DNA of 64,000 nucleotides from Okamejei kenojei (Eukaryota). The position numbers and the translations under genes were made by a program. Location: positions 128,960,001-129,024,000 of the forward strand of contig CM069131.1 of the NCBI GenBank assembly GCA_035221665.1, read 5' to 3'. Under the pieces are notes generated by a model. The model saw only the letters and a list, made by a program, of their open reading frames with translations. It made no database searches and was not told where the DNA came from. Of this stretch, positions 1 through 11,355 are shown in pieces (position 1 is the stretch's first letter; every line of letters starts with the position of its first letter).

Positions 1-440
1 CCTGTCACTATACCTCCTCCCTTGACTCTGTCCAGGAACCCCGACGGTCTTTTCAGGTTAGACAGAGATTCACCTCCAACCTCAACTATTGTATCTGTTG
101 TTCAAGATGTGGACTCTTATACACCGGCGAGACAAAACGCAGACTGGACGATCGTTTCGCTGAACACCTTTGCTTAGACCACCTGGACCTACTTGATCTC
201 CCGGTTGCAAAACACTTTCCTTCCCCTTCCCATTCCCACACTAATCTGGTCTGAAGAAGGGTCTCGACCCGAAACTTCACCCAATCTTCTCTCCAGAGAT
301 GCTGCCTGTCCTGCTGAGTTACTCCAGATTTTGGTGTCGACACACACACTGACCTTTCTGTCCGAGGCCTCCTCCATTGTTTAGAGTGAGGCAAAACATT
401 AATTGGAGGAACAGCATCTCATATTTCGCTTCGGCAGCGA
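1..440 (+). mobile_element. Penelope-like element, GIY-YIG endonuclease region (decayed); its 3' part resumes at ~3686-3789 and ~8593-8795
   Basis: Translates as SFQVRQRFT..YCICCSRCGLLYTGETKRRLDDRFAEHL and LEEQHLIFRFG, the same motifs as the better copy at 19399-20302; the downstream UTR sequence resumes after the inserted elements. Confidence 0.85.
248..283 (+). ncRNA. Minimal type I hammerhead ribozyme motif in a short Penelope-tail insertion (~243-344)
   Basis: GGT-CTGAAGA-A-GGGTC tc GACCC-GAAA-CT-TC-ACC: CUGANGA and GAAA boxes, stem II hairpin, stem I ggt/acc. Confidence 0.6.
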
Positions 441-446
441 ATTTAC

Positions 447-3400
447 TCACGTCATCATATGGCGCCGTGAGCGGCAGCCTCGCCAGCAGTGTGCCTGTCA
501 TTTCGACCTTTTTTGTTTTTTTAATATGTCTAAATGTATGTGTTAATGTTTCTCGGGGGGGGGGGGGGGGGGTGGGGGGGAATATGGGGAAACTGTTTCC
601 AGTCACTTACCTGGGGGGGAGATGCGACTTTCCTTCTTTTTTTTTTACTTTTTTTTTTAGTTTCTTTATAGAAACATATTTATGAAAGTTACAATGTTTT
701 ACATAAACAAAAATACATCATTATATACTTTCATAATATTAATAATAATATCAATATTATTAATATTATGTTTAAGACTGTGTTTAAATTTGACTGTATG
801 CTTCTATACGCTTTTTTAATTATTTTTTTATAAAGTAGGAAAAGATAGAGATAAATAATGAAGAAAATATGAAAGCGAATGGAGTGTTAATCATTAATCC
901 GTCATTGGAGATATAGGCATGATTTATTATATATATTTCTTCATCCATTCTAATATTCAGGCCTCAGTCAAGCCCTCGTACCGAGCTGTTATGACTCTGT
1001 AAATATTAAATATATGGAGACCATATCCCTCTGAAGAGATCTAACCTGTCCATTAGGACAAGCCTCAATCTCTCCAGATGAAGAGTCTCCGACATTTCTG
1101 TATTCCACATTTTGATTGTAGGGGATGTAGGGCCTTTCCAAAATTGTTATATTATTTTCCCAATTATTAACCCATAATCAATAAAAATTCTTTGATTCGT
1201 TGTTACTAATTGTTCTGTTTCCAGTATTCCTAGTATTATTAGCTTTGAATCAGGTGTCAAAGTTATATTAACAACATTCGAAATAATCCTAAATATTTCA
1301 GTCCAGAATTTTGTAATTTGTATACAGATTGTAAATAAATGTGACAAATTGGCTTCTAAATGTTGACATTTATCACATATGGGGGATACTTTTGGAAACA
1401 TATTATGTAATTTGTATTTTGAGTAATATAATCTATGTAGTATTTTAAACGGTATAAGAGAGTGTTTAGCGTTTAGCGAACAATGATGTATATGTTGTAA
1501 ACTATCATCCCATACTTCTGGTCTAATAGTTTGGCATAATTCATTTTCCCAAGATTGTCTATGTATTTCTGTTGATGGAACATCACCTTCCAATAAGATA
1601 TTATATATATATGAAATCATTTTTTCTGTATTCGGATGTTTATTTAAACATTCATCTAATATTTCTGTCTTTCTATTTCTGAGTTCTTGCGTATTTGCTT
1701 TAACATAATCTCTAATTTGTAAATATCTAAAGTAATCTTTAAAGTGTAGTCCATAAATTTGTTGTACATCTTGAAATGAAAGGAAAGAGTTTTCCCTATA
1801 GAGATTACCGATCTTAATAATTCCATTATTTTTCCACTGTAAAAAAGCTTTATCCATCATTGAAGGTTTAAACGTAACATTATTTACAATGCTAAGAGAT
1901 AATGGTATAGATTTTAGTTTTAATGTTTTCTTTATTTGTTTTCCAAATACGTATTCCACTTCCTATTATTGGGTTTTCACTATAAGATTTCTTAGCTAGA
2001 TTAATATTAGCGAATATTATAGAACTAATTTCAAAAGGCGAACAATCTTCTTTTTCCATATTTAACCAAGTTGGTTGGTTATCTATTTCTTCTAACCAAA
2101 AATTCATATTTTTAATGTTAACTGCCCAATAATAAAACATAAAATTTGGTAGTGCTAGACCTCCGTTTATTTTTTGATTTACATAAATGTTTTTTATTTA
2201 TTCTATGGCTCTTATAATCCCAAATGAAGTTAGTGACTAGAGAGTCCACCTCTTTAAAGAAATTTTTTAGGGAGATATATCGGGATTGATTGGAAAAGGT
2301 ATAATAATTGTGGAAGAAAAAAAACATTTTTATTATATTAATTTTTACCTAACATTGAAATAGGTAAAGTTTTCCAATATAAGATATTCTTATTTAATTT
2401 ATTCAGTAATAATGGAAAATTAGCTTTAAATAATGAGTCAAATCTTTTTGTTACGAAAAATTCCAAGATATTTAATTTTTTCATTTGTTATCTTAAAAGG
2501 GAATTGTTGTAATATGTGTAAATTATTTACCGTTATTGGCATGTTCACTTTTATTCCAGTTAATACTATATCCTGAATAGGATCCAAATTCAGTTATTAA
2601 TTTTAACAAATTACGAATACTAGTTTCTGGTTTTGTGATGTAAAGTAGTACATCATCCGCATATAAAGAAATTTTATTTTTAGTGTCTCTAGTATCGTAT
2701 CCATATATTTCCGGATGTGATCTCACCCTCAGAGCTAGCGGTTCTATTGCCAGTGCAAACAGTAAAGGGGATAAAGGGCAACCTTGTCTACAACCTCGAG
2801 ATAAATTGAATTTAGGTGATAACATTTGGTTTTGTATATAGCAATTTTTTTGGGCGGATTTGTATATAGCAATTTGATCCAGGTAATAAACTTTTCTCCC
2901 AGTTTGAAAGCTTCCATAACCGAGAACAAATAAGGCCATTCCACTTGATCAAAGGCTTTCTCTGCATCTAACGAAATAACTACTAGATCTCGGGGGGGGG
3001 GAATATGGGGAAACCGTTTCCAGTCACTTACCTTGGGGGGAGGTGCGACTTTTCTTCTAGTCGTATTTTCGCCTCCTTCGCGGCATGACAACTTGGATTG
3101 GTGTGACCTTTCCCGGAGACGGCCCAGAGCTTCAGCAGCAGGCGCGGCACAGACTTCCATCGCGGAGCCAACAGAAAGGCTCCGACCGCCGGCCTGCTGA
3201 CTTTTACATCATGAGGCCGCGGTCTGCGGAGCTTCTAGCAGCAGGCGTGGAGCGGACTTTACCATCCCGGAACTAGGGATCCCTCGCCGGGGATCACCAG
3301 AGAAGAGCCCCGACCGCTGGCCTGCCTGTGGCCTATAACATCAAGAACCTGCCGTCTCCGGTAAGAAAGTGGCCAATTCGGGCTCTCCAAGCCCCAAGAG

Positions 3401-3692
3401 TGTGCTCCATCCATCCTGACGTCAGAGCTTCGATCATCCCGACAAGAGAGCCTGTACATCTGGCTGTCCGTAGCGGCGACTACAGAGGGTCAAAGCCCCA
3501 AACACGGGTGAACAAAAAGGAGGAAGACTGACTGAACTTTATTGCCTTCCATCGCTGTGATCACTGTGGTGGATGTTTATGTTAAGTTCTATCGTGTATT
3601 GTGTTCTTTTAATTGTATGGCTGCATGGTAACTCAAATATCACTGAACCTTAATTGGTGCATGTGACAATAAATATGAACTTGAATGAACTT
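447..3692 (+). mobile_element. Non-autonomous GC-rich retroposon, copy 1 (parts ~447-637 and ~2988-3692, split by L1)
   Basis: Head ATGGCGCC..GGCAGCCTCGCC and tail ..CATGTGACAATAAA(TGAACT)n are shared with copies at 47003-47826 and 57718-58415; no coding capacity. Confidence 0.7.
638..2987 (-). mobile_element. 5'-truncated L1-clade LINE (ORF2 RT and C-terminal part, frameshifted)
   Basis: VISLDAEKAFDQVEWPYL, RGCRQGCPLSPLLFALAIEPL, ISLYADDVLLY, C-terminal CDKC..HLFTIC; poly(A) seen as a T-tract at ~637-660. Confidence 0.93.
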
Positions 3693-4003
3693 GATTTCTC
3701 TAACTTTAAGTAAACCCTGCATTCCCTCTCTCTCCATCCCTCCCCCACCCAAGTCGCACCAGCTTCTCGTTCTCTCAGAGGAAACAGCTAAGATTAAACG
3801 AGAACTTACCAGTTTGGTTTGATCTTTATTTTATGAGGAGTTACGATGAGGGATTACGTGAAGAAGCCCCGCAGGCGCATGCGCGTCATACTTCAAAGCA
3901 GCGGCATGAAAACACAGAAACTATAGCCGAAATGATATAGTAAGACTCAGAAGACTAGAACTACCAGATGATCTTTGCGATTATGAGGGCCGGGAGCGGA
4001 GGG

Positions 4004-4116
4004 CACGTAATCCCTCATGGTAAATCCTCATGAAATAAAGATCAAACGTCAAACTGGTAAGTTCTCATTTAATCTTTCTATTTTACTTCGGAGTCACGTG
4101 AGTGACTACGTGAAGA
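4004..4116 (-). other. DIRS internal complementary region (ICR)
   Basis: 4004-4075 is the reverse complement of 3790-3860; 4078-4116 is the reverse complement of 8554-8592. Confidence 0.9.
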
Positions 4117-4329
4117 TTTCAAAGCTCTGTGATTTCATGCCGTAGAACCATTCCATACACACACTGCTTCAGTTGACACAGTAGTGAATAATGTATTGAA
4201 CATTGCTTCGAATTATCCAATAATCATTTTTTAAATAACCAAACAGTAATAACCCCTCTATTCCAGGGGAAATTACAAATGAAATTTATAAAGACAAAGC
4301 AAATCAAACGGAACCCAAAACAGCATGCC

Positions 4330-5230
4330 CAAATCTGGCACTGTCAGGACAGGTTTATCATAAATTTTTAGAAAAGTTGATTCTTTAGACCATCCTGCGG
4401 CCTCGCTGCGGATGTTGATGCCGCCCTGGTGGAGTGAGATTTAAACACATGAGTGTCTACTCCAGCGGAATCCAAAACCTGGTTTACCATCTAGAAATTG
4501 TTTATACTAACACCTTTTTATGAGGGTTTTTGTGACTGGTGAGCATTGCTGTCTCAGAGCCTCTGAGACTCTTAGTTACCTCGACTTAGTTATTGTCTCA
4601 GGTGCTTAACTACACATAATGTTTGGTCAACGGGGTATGCTTTAAAACTTATTTTGGCTCCGGCCATTCCTGGCCTGCTTTGTTTGATTAAATCATACAC
4701 ATAAAATGTAATGTTATCTGCAGAAGAATACATGCTATATAGTCATAACTTTTGCAATGTTTGCACTCATTGCACTGATACTAGCGCCATGAGCTTAACC
4801 ACTTTAAATGTTAACTTCTGAAAAGACAATGACATATTTGGAGCCCATTGCCGAAGCAGTGTGAGAACTATACTGACATCCTAGATTTCTGTATATCTAG
4901 GTTTAGGAGGATTTTTGTTAAAGATTCCTCTCATGAATCGGGACACTAATGGATGAGACCCGATAGGTTGTTGTTCTGAAACTGCCCTAAATAGGAGGAC
5001 AAAGCACTCCGAGCACTATTAATGGCACTATAATTCAAGTTTTCATCAAAATGCAATGTAGCAAGGAACTCCAATACATCTGGTATGCTTGCAGTATGAT
5101 AAGATATATCTGACTGTAAACAACATCTCCCATTTCTTAATATGAGACACATATCGTTTCTTAGTGCTATCTCTCCAAGCTGCAGTTATCACATCCATGG
5201 TCCTATTTGACTGTCCAAGGCCTTCAAACA
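4330..5230 (-). pseudogene. DIRS tyrosine recombinase (disrupted)
   Basis: N-terminal DVLEFLATLH..YSAINSARSALS; LMALVSVQ*VQTL (catalytic Arg position is TGA at 4767-4769); FKSHSTRAAS (HxxR); AGWSKESTFLKIYDKP. Confidence 0.88.
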
Positions 5231-5249
5231 GTCTGGTCAGAACATGCAG

Positions 5250-7100
5250 ATGAACAAATTAATATGATCATGTAATGGATGACTTTCTCCTGTTACTGGA
5301 TGCACCCACAAATTACTGCAGTTAGGGACAGTCATGAATGGGCACCAATGGGAACCATGGCTGTGTAGGCCAGTCCGGAACCACCAAAACGCCTAAGGCG
5401 GAGTCCTGCTCTATTTTGGTGAGATATTGCCTAATCAGGCAGAATGGGGAAAAAGCATAAAAGAATGTTCGTCCCCAATGTAGCGAGAATGCATCCACCG
5501 ATACTGCTCCTAAATCTGGTTCCCATTAAACATATTTAGGCAAGTGGTGATTTAGCCTGTTTGTAAACAGATCTATATCTGGCAAACCATAGTGGCTGAC
5601 AATCATTTTAAAAACATCAGGATTTAACATCCATTCTGTGTTGTCATTAAATTTTCGTGACCTGTTGTCTGCCACCACATTATCTCTACCTGGTAGGTAG
5701 ATAGCTGAGACCCAGATGTTTCTGGAAATACACCAGTGCCACATGAGGTTAGCCAGATTATCACATGATACTGACCTTATTCCTCCCATGTGATTGATAT
5801 ATGCCACAGCCGTGATATTATCAATCTGTAGTTGAACATGTAAATTATTCATTGTTGAACAATAAGCTTTTAATCCATAGAATGCACCCAGCAATTCTAA
5901 ATAATTTATACCATGCCTGTGCAGGATTAAATCCCCTTGCACACTCCATCTACCACCACAGCTAGACTCGCTGTCCGTAGCTCCCCATCCGGCAGCACTC
6001 ACATCTGTCTGTAAAACCACTGAAGGTTGCTGAACCAAAATGTTTTTGGTAGTTTGTACAATATTGATAATCCACCATTGTAATGGAGCTATGGCTCTGG
6101 TTGGTAACTGCATAGGTCTATCAAAATGACCTGCATGTTCTTTAAGTGCTAGTTCTCTAGCTCGTTGCAGACTTTGATAGTGCAGTAGTACAAACTGCAC
6201 TGCAGGGAAAGCTGCCACCAATTTACCAATAACACTGGCTACTTCCCGGATGGAGGGATATTGTTTTTCAGCGAGATTAGTACAGACCTCTCTGATCTCC
6301 ACAGCCTTGGCTGTAGGCAAAGTCACTGACATATCGACTGAATCAATGACAAATCCCAAATAATCAATTTTTTGGGATGGCTCTAACTTGGATTTGGTTG
6401 GATGGACCAGGAACCCTAACCTTTCAACGGATGTTTGGTTGCTGAACCCGATTCCTTAGCTGTCTCCGGAGTGTTACTTATGATTAAAATATCATCTAGA
6501 TAAGCCATTACCATGTGAATCTGGGCCCGAAGTAGCGCCAGCATTGGTTTCAACAATTTCTTGAATAGCCTAGGAGCTGAGGTTAACCCCTTGGGTAATG
6601 CTTTAAATTGCCACAGCTGTTCCATCCAACTAAATTTCAAATATCTCCGATACTGATGATGAAATGGTACTGAATAATATGCATCTTTCAGATATATAGT
6701 TGCCATATAACAGCCTTGTGATAACAGCAGTTTCGCAGTATTGAAGGTGTCCATTTTAAAAATGCCTATACTGAACATAGGAATTTAACTGGTTTAGTTC
6801 CAGAATGACTCTACATCCCCCATCTTTTCTCTGTCTGGGGAATATATTGGACACAAATTGTTGAGGATGGTTTGTCGTCCTCTCAATTACCCCTTTTTTG
6901 GGACAAAACCATAATTTCTTCTTTTACCTGCTGAGTTTCTGGTGCAGAAAAAAAAAACAATACTCTATTAGGCATATTCTGTACAGGCGGATCAATTCCT
7001 GACATAAACTCTATTCGAGCCTGACACAGTGTCTAGTATAAACCGATCAGATGTTATGCAGCACCATTCATCATAAACAATTGCAACCTACCCCCAATCA
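5250..7100 (-). pseudogene. DIRS reverse transcriptase / RNase H / methyltransferase-like ORF (frameshifted)
   Basis: GGRLQLF, KDAYYSVP, GLTSAPRLF, MAYLDDILI; RNase H TDVSAAGWG..LELLG..IDNITAVAYINHMGG..LPGRDNVVAD; PDIDLF..VDAFSLHW..YAFSPF..VVPDWPTQPWFP. Confidence 0.92.
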
Positions 7101-8210
7101 GAGGTTGTTCCCCAGAAATCTTATCCTGGACAGAATGAATCACCTGTAGCTCTACAGTCGGCCTTGAAGTGCTCCTTCTTCCCATATTGGGGTTGTAGCT
7201 GGGATACACAGGTGGGTAATACCGTCGTCCCACTGGCCCCACTCTGCTTGACCCTGCCCCTGGATCCGTCCCCTTTCGCGCAGAAAACGACCTGCGAGGT
7301 GGTATCCTGGCAGAAGGGATGTATGTCTTCATGAGACGGATTGTTTTGGCCTCTTCCTCCAGGTCCTTGACTTGTTTGAGGAGGTCCACCCCAAATAAAT
7401 AATCTGGGCTTGGATATTGGTGGACCTACACAAAGCTGCAAATTTCGGGTTCAGCGTCAGCTTTATAGCTATTTTTCTTATGCAGTTGACCTCAAAATAT
7501 GCCTGCTGCCACCAACTTGAGGACACGCTGTAACATGATTTCTTGTCCACGTATCGTTGCACTCATTCGTGCCCATATAACAGAGTTTACGGTGGGCACT
7601 TTGAGCGAAGCACAATTAACAGATGTTTTATATCTTGTGGCCGTCTCTTCCATAATCGTATCCTGGAGCTGGTGAGAAGCCATGTAATTAACATTGGTGG
7701 CTAGATTTTCCTCGATAGCCTCACCAGTCCCTTCCGGAATAGCGAAGTTTAACGCTAAGTCCTGGACACCTGGAGCATGGCTCATGTGCTCTGGTGGCCC
7801 GCGACACCAGCTTCAGGGTCAGACTCCTCCTGCTCTGGCTCTCCCCTGTCATGCTCTAGGGAGGTCTCTTCCAGCCCTAAACAAGGTGCTGGAGAGGATG
7901 ATTCCCACTGTGTTTTCTTCTTCGCTGTATGGACCTCTGCGAGAGGCTGTGTGGGGAATCCAAAGGGCATTCGACCCCGATTGAAATTTTACATGGCTCT
8001 TTAAATTTGGAGCATTTTCCCATTTGGTTGCGCCATCCCCATACCTTTACATTAAAAGGAGGGGAGTCTTCCACATCATCAGACCCATCAGATTAGATGA
8101 GCCTGAGAGTACTTTGTTTTGGCATTCCTCCCTGGTGGAGTAGCCTCAGTGCCCTGAAGCACTGGAAACTGATGGAGGCAGTTGAGCTGCCGGTAGAAAC
8201 AGTAGCCGGT
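7054..8210 (-). pseudogene. DIRS gag-like ORF1 remnants
   Basis: Fragmented ORFs (e.g. NCASLKVPTVNSVIW) upstream of and overlapping RT, as expected for DIRS ORF1. Confidence 0.65.
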
Positions 8211-8213
8211 ATT

Positions 8214-8325
8214 GGAGCCGGCATTAGCGCAGCCGTTATCTCCAAACCCAATCTATAAGCAGTAATCGCGGAGCCGGCTTTAGCGCAGCCGTTATCTCCC
8301 GACCCGATCTATAAGCGGTAACCGT
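8214..8325. repeat. Two-copy 56-bp tandem repeat in the DIRS leader
   Basis: ggagccggcattagcgcagccgttatctcc...atctataagc starts at 8214 and again at 8270. Confidence 0.85.
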
Positions 8326-8697
8326 GGTCCCTGCGCATTCCGCTCCACTAGGTCAGTTTATATTTACAATACCTCCATATTACTAACTCTAGCTGGCTCT
8401 CCGAGCCAGACTTACAGAGTTTAAAATACCTGCAGGGAGGGTTTAACATTGACTTACCTGCGGGTTACTACTTACCGCTGGTGGAGCTGAGCTTTCCAGC
8501 ACGTCGGTGCGCCATGCGTCAGATGTAATGACGTGCATACACCTGGTGGGGCTTCTTCACATAGTCACTCACGTGACTCCGAAGTAAAATAGCCTGTTTC
8601 CTTTACCATTGTTACTTTTTTGCATATCATTAATTCATTTGTCCTATATTTCTCCACATCACTGTCTATATCTCTCGTTTCCCTTTCCCCTGACTCT

Positions 8698-8733
8698 AGT
8701 CGGAAGAAGGGTCTTGACCCGAAACGTCACTCA
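8698..8733 (+). ncRNA. Hammerhead motif (core mutated, CGGAAGA) in the Penelope 3' tail
   Basis: AGT-CGGAAGA-A-GGGTC tt GACCC-GAAA-CG-TC-ACT. Confidence 0.5.
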
Positions 8734-9139
8734 TTCCTTCTCGCCAGAAATGCTGCCTGTCCCATTGAGGTACTCCAGCAATTTGTGTCTATCTTTTGAG
8801 GAACAGCAGCCCCCTTCCATCATTCATTCACAAGGCAACCCTGGTGTCACTCTAAGACAAATATTCCTTGTCCTCTCTATCCTTCCTCCAACATTACCTG
8901 CAACTTAAAACTGTTCTCTCACTTTCCCAGTTCTGAAGAATTTTGATCTAAAATATGAGCTCCTTTCTCTTTGTATTGAGGCTGAGGATTTGCTGAGGAT
9001 TTTTAGTATTTTCTGTTTTGTTTCAGATCTCCTGCAACTGCATTATTTTTTGATTATCATTTGTTAAATGATTGTCCTGATTTCCACACCAGTGTGCTTT
9101 AATATCTGGTTATGGTAATGTACATACTGTATTTGTTCA

Positions 9140-9875
9140 TAAGACCGTTCAGAAGCCCATTAACAGAGTGGAAGAAGCTGTTCCTGAGTCTGGTGGTGAC
9201 CGCTTTCAGAAGTATCTTCTGCCTGATGAGAACAAGGAGAAAAAAGAATGACCGGGTGGGCCAAATCATCGAGTCATAGTCATAGAGTCATAGGGTCTAG
9301 CACTGTGGAAACAGACCATTCTGCCCAACTTGCCAACACGGGCCAACATGTCTCATCTACACTAGTTTCACCTGCCTGCGGTTGGCCCATATCTCTGTCT
9401 TTGATTATGTTGGCTGCTTTTTCGAGGCATAATGAAGTGTATATGGAGTCAATGATGGGTAAACTGTGAAGTATATTCTGTGTCATGGACTGGGCTCCAT
9501 TTACAACTCTGCAATTTATTGTGCTCTTGGGCAGAGCTGTGATGGACCTGACTCTATGCTTTCTGTGGTGCATCTGTGGAAGTTTGTAAGAGTCATTGGA
9601 GACATGACCAATTTCCTCACTCTCAAAAGGAAGTAGAGGCGCTTGTGTGCATTCTTGGTTGTCACATCAATGTGGTTGGTCCATGACAGATCGTTAGTAA
9701 TATTAATGCAAGGAACTTGGAGCTCTCAACCATTTCCACTTCTGCACTATTGGGGCTTGTACACAACCACACTTCCTGAAGTGGATAACTAGCTCCTTCT
9801 TCTTGCTGATATTGAGGGAAAGATTGTTGTCCTGGCACCATGTTACTAAGTTCTTTATCTCCTTCCTGTACTCCC
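9140..9875 (-). mobile_element. Rex1/Babar-type LINE 3' fragment, with a CR1 tail inserted at ~9270-9395
   Basis: LPIIDSIYTSLCLEKAANIIKD and VEMVESSKFL, homologous to the copy at 38275-39507. Confidence 0.7.
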
Positions 9876-9877
9876 CA

Positions 9878-10070
9878 AGTCAATGGATATTTTTAAGGCA
9901 GAGATAGATAAATTCTTGATTAATACGTGTGTCAGGGGTTATGGGGAGAAGGCAGGAGAATGGGGTTGAGGTGGGGTTGAGAGGGAGAGATAGATCAGTC
10001 ATGATTGAATGGCGGAGTAGACTTGATGGACCGAATGGTCTAATTCTGTCCTATCACTTATGGATATGAA
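9878..10070 (+). mobile_element. CR1 LINE 3' end fragment
   Basis: gatatttttaaggcagagatagat..ggggagaaggcaggagaatgggg..gattgaatggcggagtagacttgatgg tail. Confidence 0.75.
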
Positions 10071-10387
10071 CTCCATCTAATTATTGGGAGTAGCCAGGCG
10101 AAGAAAAGGATAGTTTATGTCCCCCAGAATCAACTCATCCAGGCTACTGAAAATATCCTGTGGTGCATATGCCCTTAGAATCAATGAGTCACATACCTCC
10201 AAGAAGCTTGCTCATATCACTAGGAGCAAGTTTATCTCATTGTTTACAATTACTCATTCAGGATGAGGAAACACTTCCTATTCATAAAAGGACTGGGTCA
10301 TAAAGGAAAGGTTTTAAAGGCATATGAGTGCAGTCAGTCATTGCTATGGGAAATTCAGTTCCGTGCTATTGAATCACGGCCTATCCA

Positions 10388-10970
10388 CATTGGAAGAATA
10401 GCATCTTATATTTCACTTGGGTAGCTTACAAGCTTACAGGGTGGTGAATCTGTGGAATTCATTACCACAGAGGGCTGTTAAGGACAAGTCAATTAATATT
10501 CTTAAGGCAGAGATTTATAGATTCTTGATTAGTAAGTGTGACAGGGGTTATGGGGATAAGGGGTTGAGAGGGAAAGATAGATCAGACATGATTGAATGGC
10601 GGAGTAGAGTTGATGGGCCGAATGACCTTATTCTGCTCCTAAAACGTATGAACCCAGCGGTATGAACATTGAATTCTCTCATTTCAAATAACAAGACAAA
10701 TAAATTTGAGCCTTCTACTAACATGCCACCCCCCCCTCCCCCAACCTCCTCTTGGCCCCTGCTTCACCCAATCAGTTCCATGGTTCACGGAATTGTATCT
10801 CTCTTGAGATCATACCTTCCCGAACCAACAATCGGTCTTCCAGAGAACCATCCTGCCCGAGGTCATCTGTTGCAAGCCCTGATTTGTCTTGGTGTTTTCT
10901 CTCTCTTCCAGTTCGACCTCCCCCACCCAAAATGTCACCTATCATTTTTCTCCAGAGATGCTGCCTGACT
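10388..10970 (+). mobile_element. Penelope 3' fragment with a CR1 3' fragment inserted at ~10438-10650
   Basis: ttggaagaatagcatcttatatttcacttgggtagctta..cccagcggtatgaacattgaattctc; ends ctccagagatgctgcctga. Confidence 0.7.
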
Positions 10971-11024
10971 TCAGCAGTTGAGATATGCCAGCACTTTGTG
11001 CCTGTCCACATTGCTGCTGTGCAG

Positions 11025-11355
11025 TGTATATTCTGCAAGTGATCTTGATCGATTGGCCAGGTGGACTGAGGAATGGTTGATGGAATTTAATACCGAGAAA
11101 TATGAGGTGTTGTATTTTGGAAAGATAACATGGGCAGTGCCTACACAGTGAATGGTGGGGCTCTGGAGAGGAGGTAGTTGAGGCAGGGACTATCCCAACA
11201 TTTAAGAGACAGTGAGACAGATACATGGATAGGACAGGTTTGGAGGATATGGGCCAAACGCGGGCAGGTGGGAATAGTGTAGCTGGGTCATGTTGGCCGG
11301 TGTGGGCAAGTTGGGCCGAAGGGCCTGTTTCCACACTGTATCACTCTATGACTCT
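11025..11355 (+). mobile_element. CR1 LINE fragment (internally deleted)
   Basis: gaatggttgatggaatttaat..gggccgaagggcctgtttccacactgtatcactctatgactc tail. Confidence 0.75.

Larger units (their letters stand above)
3790..8592 (-). mobile_element. DIRS1-type tyrosine-recombinase retrotransposon, near full length, decayed
   Basis: gag-like, RT/RNase H/MT and YR coding remnants; inverted terminal repeats 3856-3889 and 8528-8562; internal complementary region 4004-4116 complementary to both termini. Confidence 0.93.

Noticed and set aside
2744-3160. 138-aa ORF as a novel protein
   Set aside because: Chimeric read-through from the GC-rich non-coding element into the truncated L1 RT
4330-5600. Prophage integrase plus methyltransferase (bacterial contamination or HGT)
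   Set aside because: Both domains are standard parts of DIRS1 elements and lie within ITR/ICR-defined boundaries next to RT
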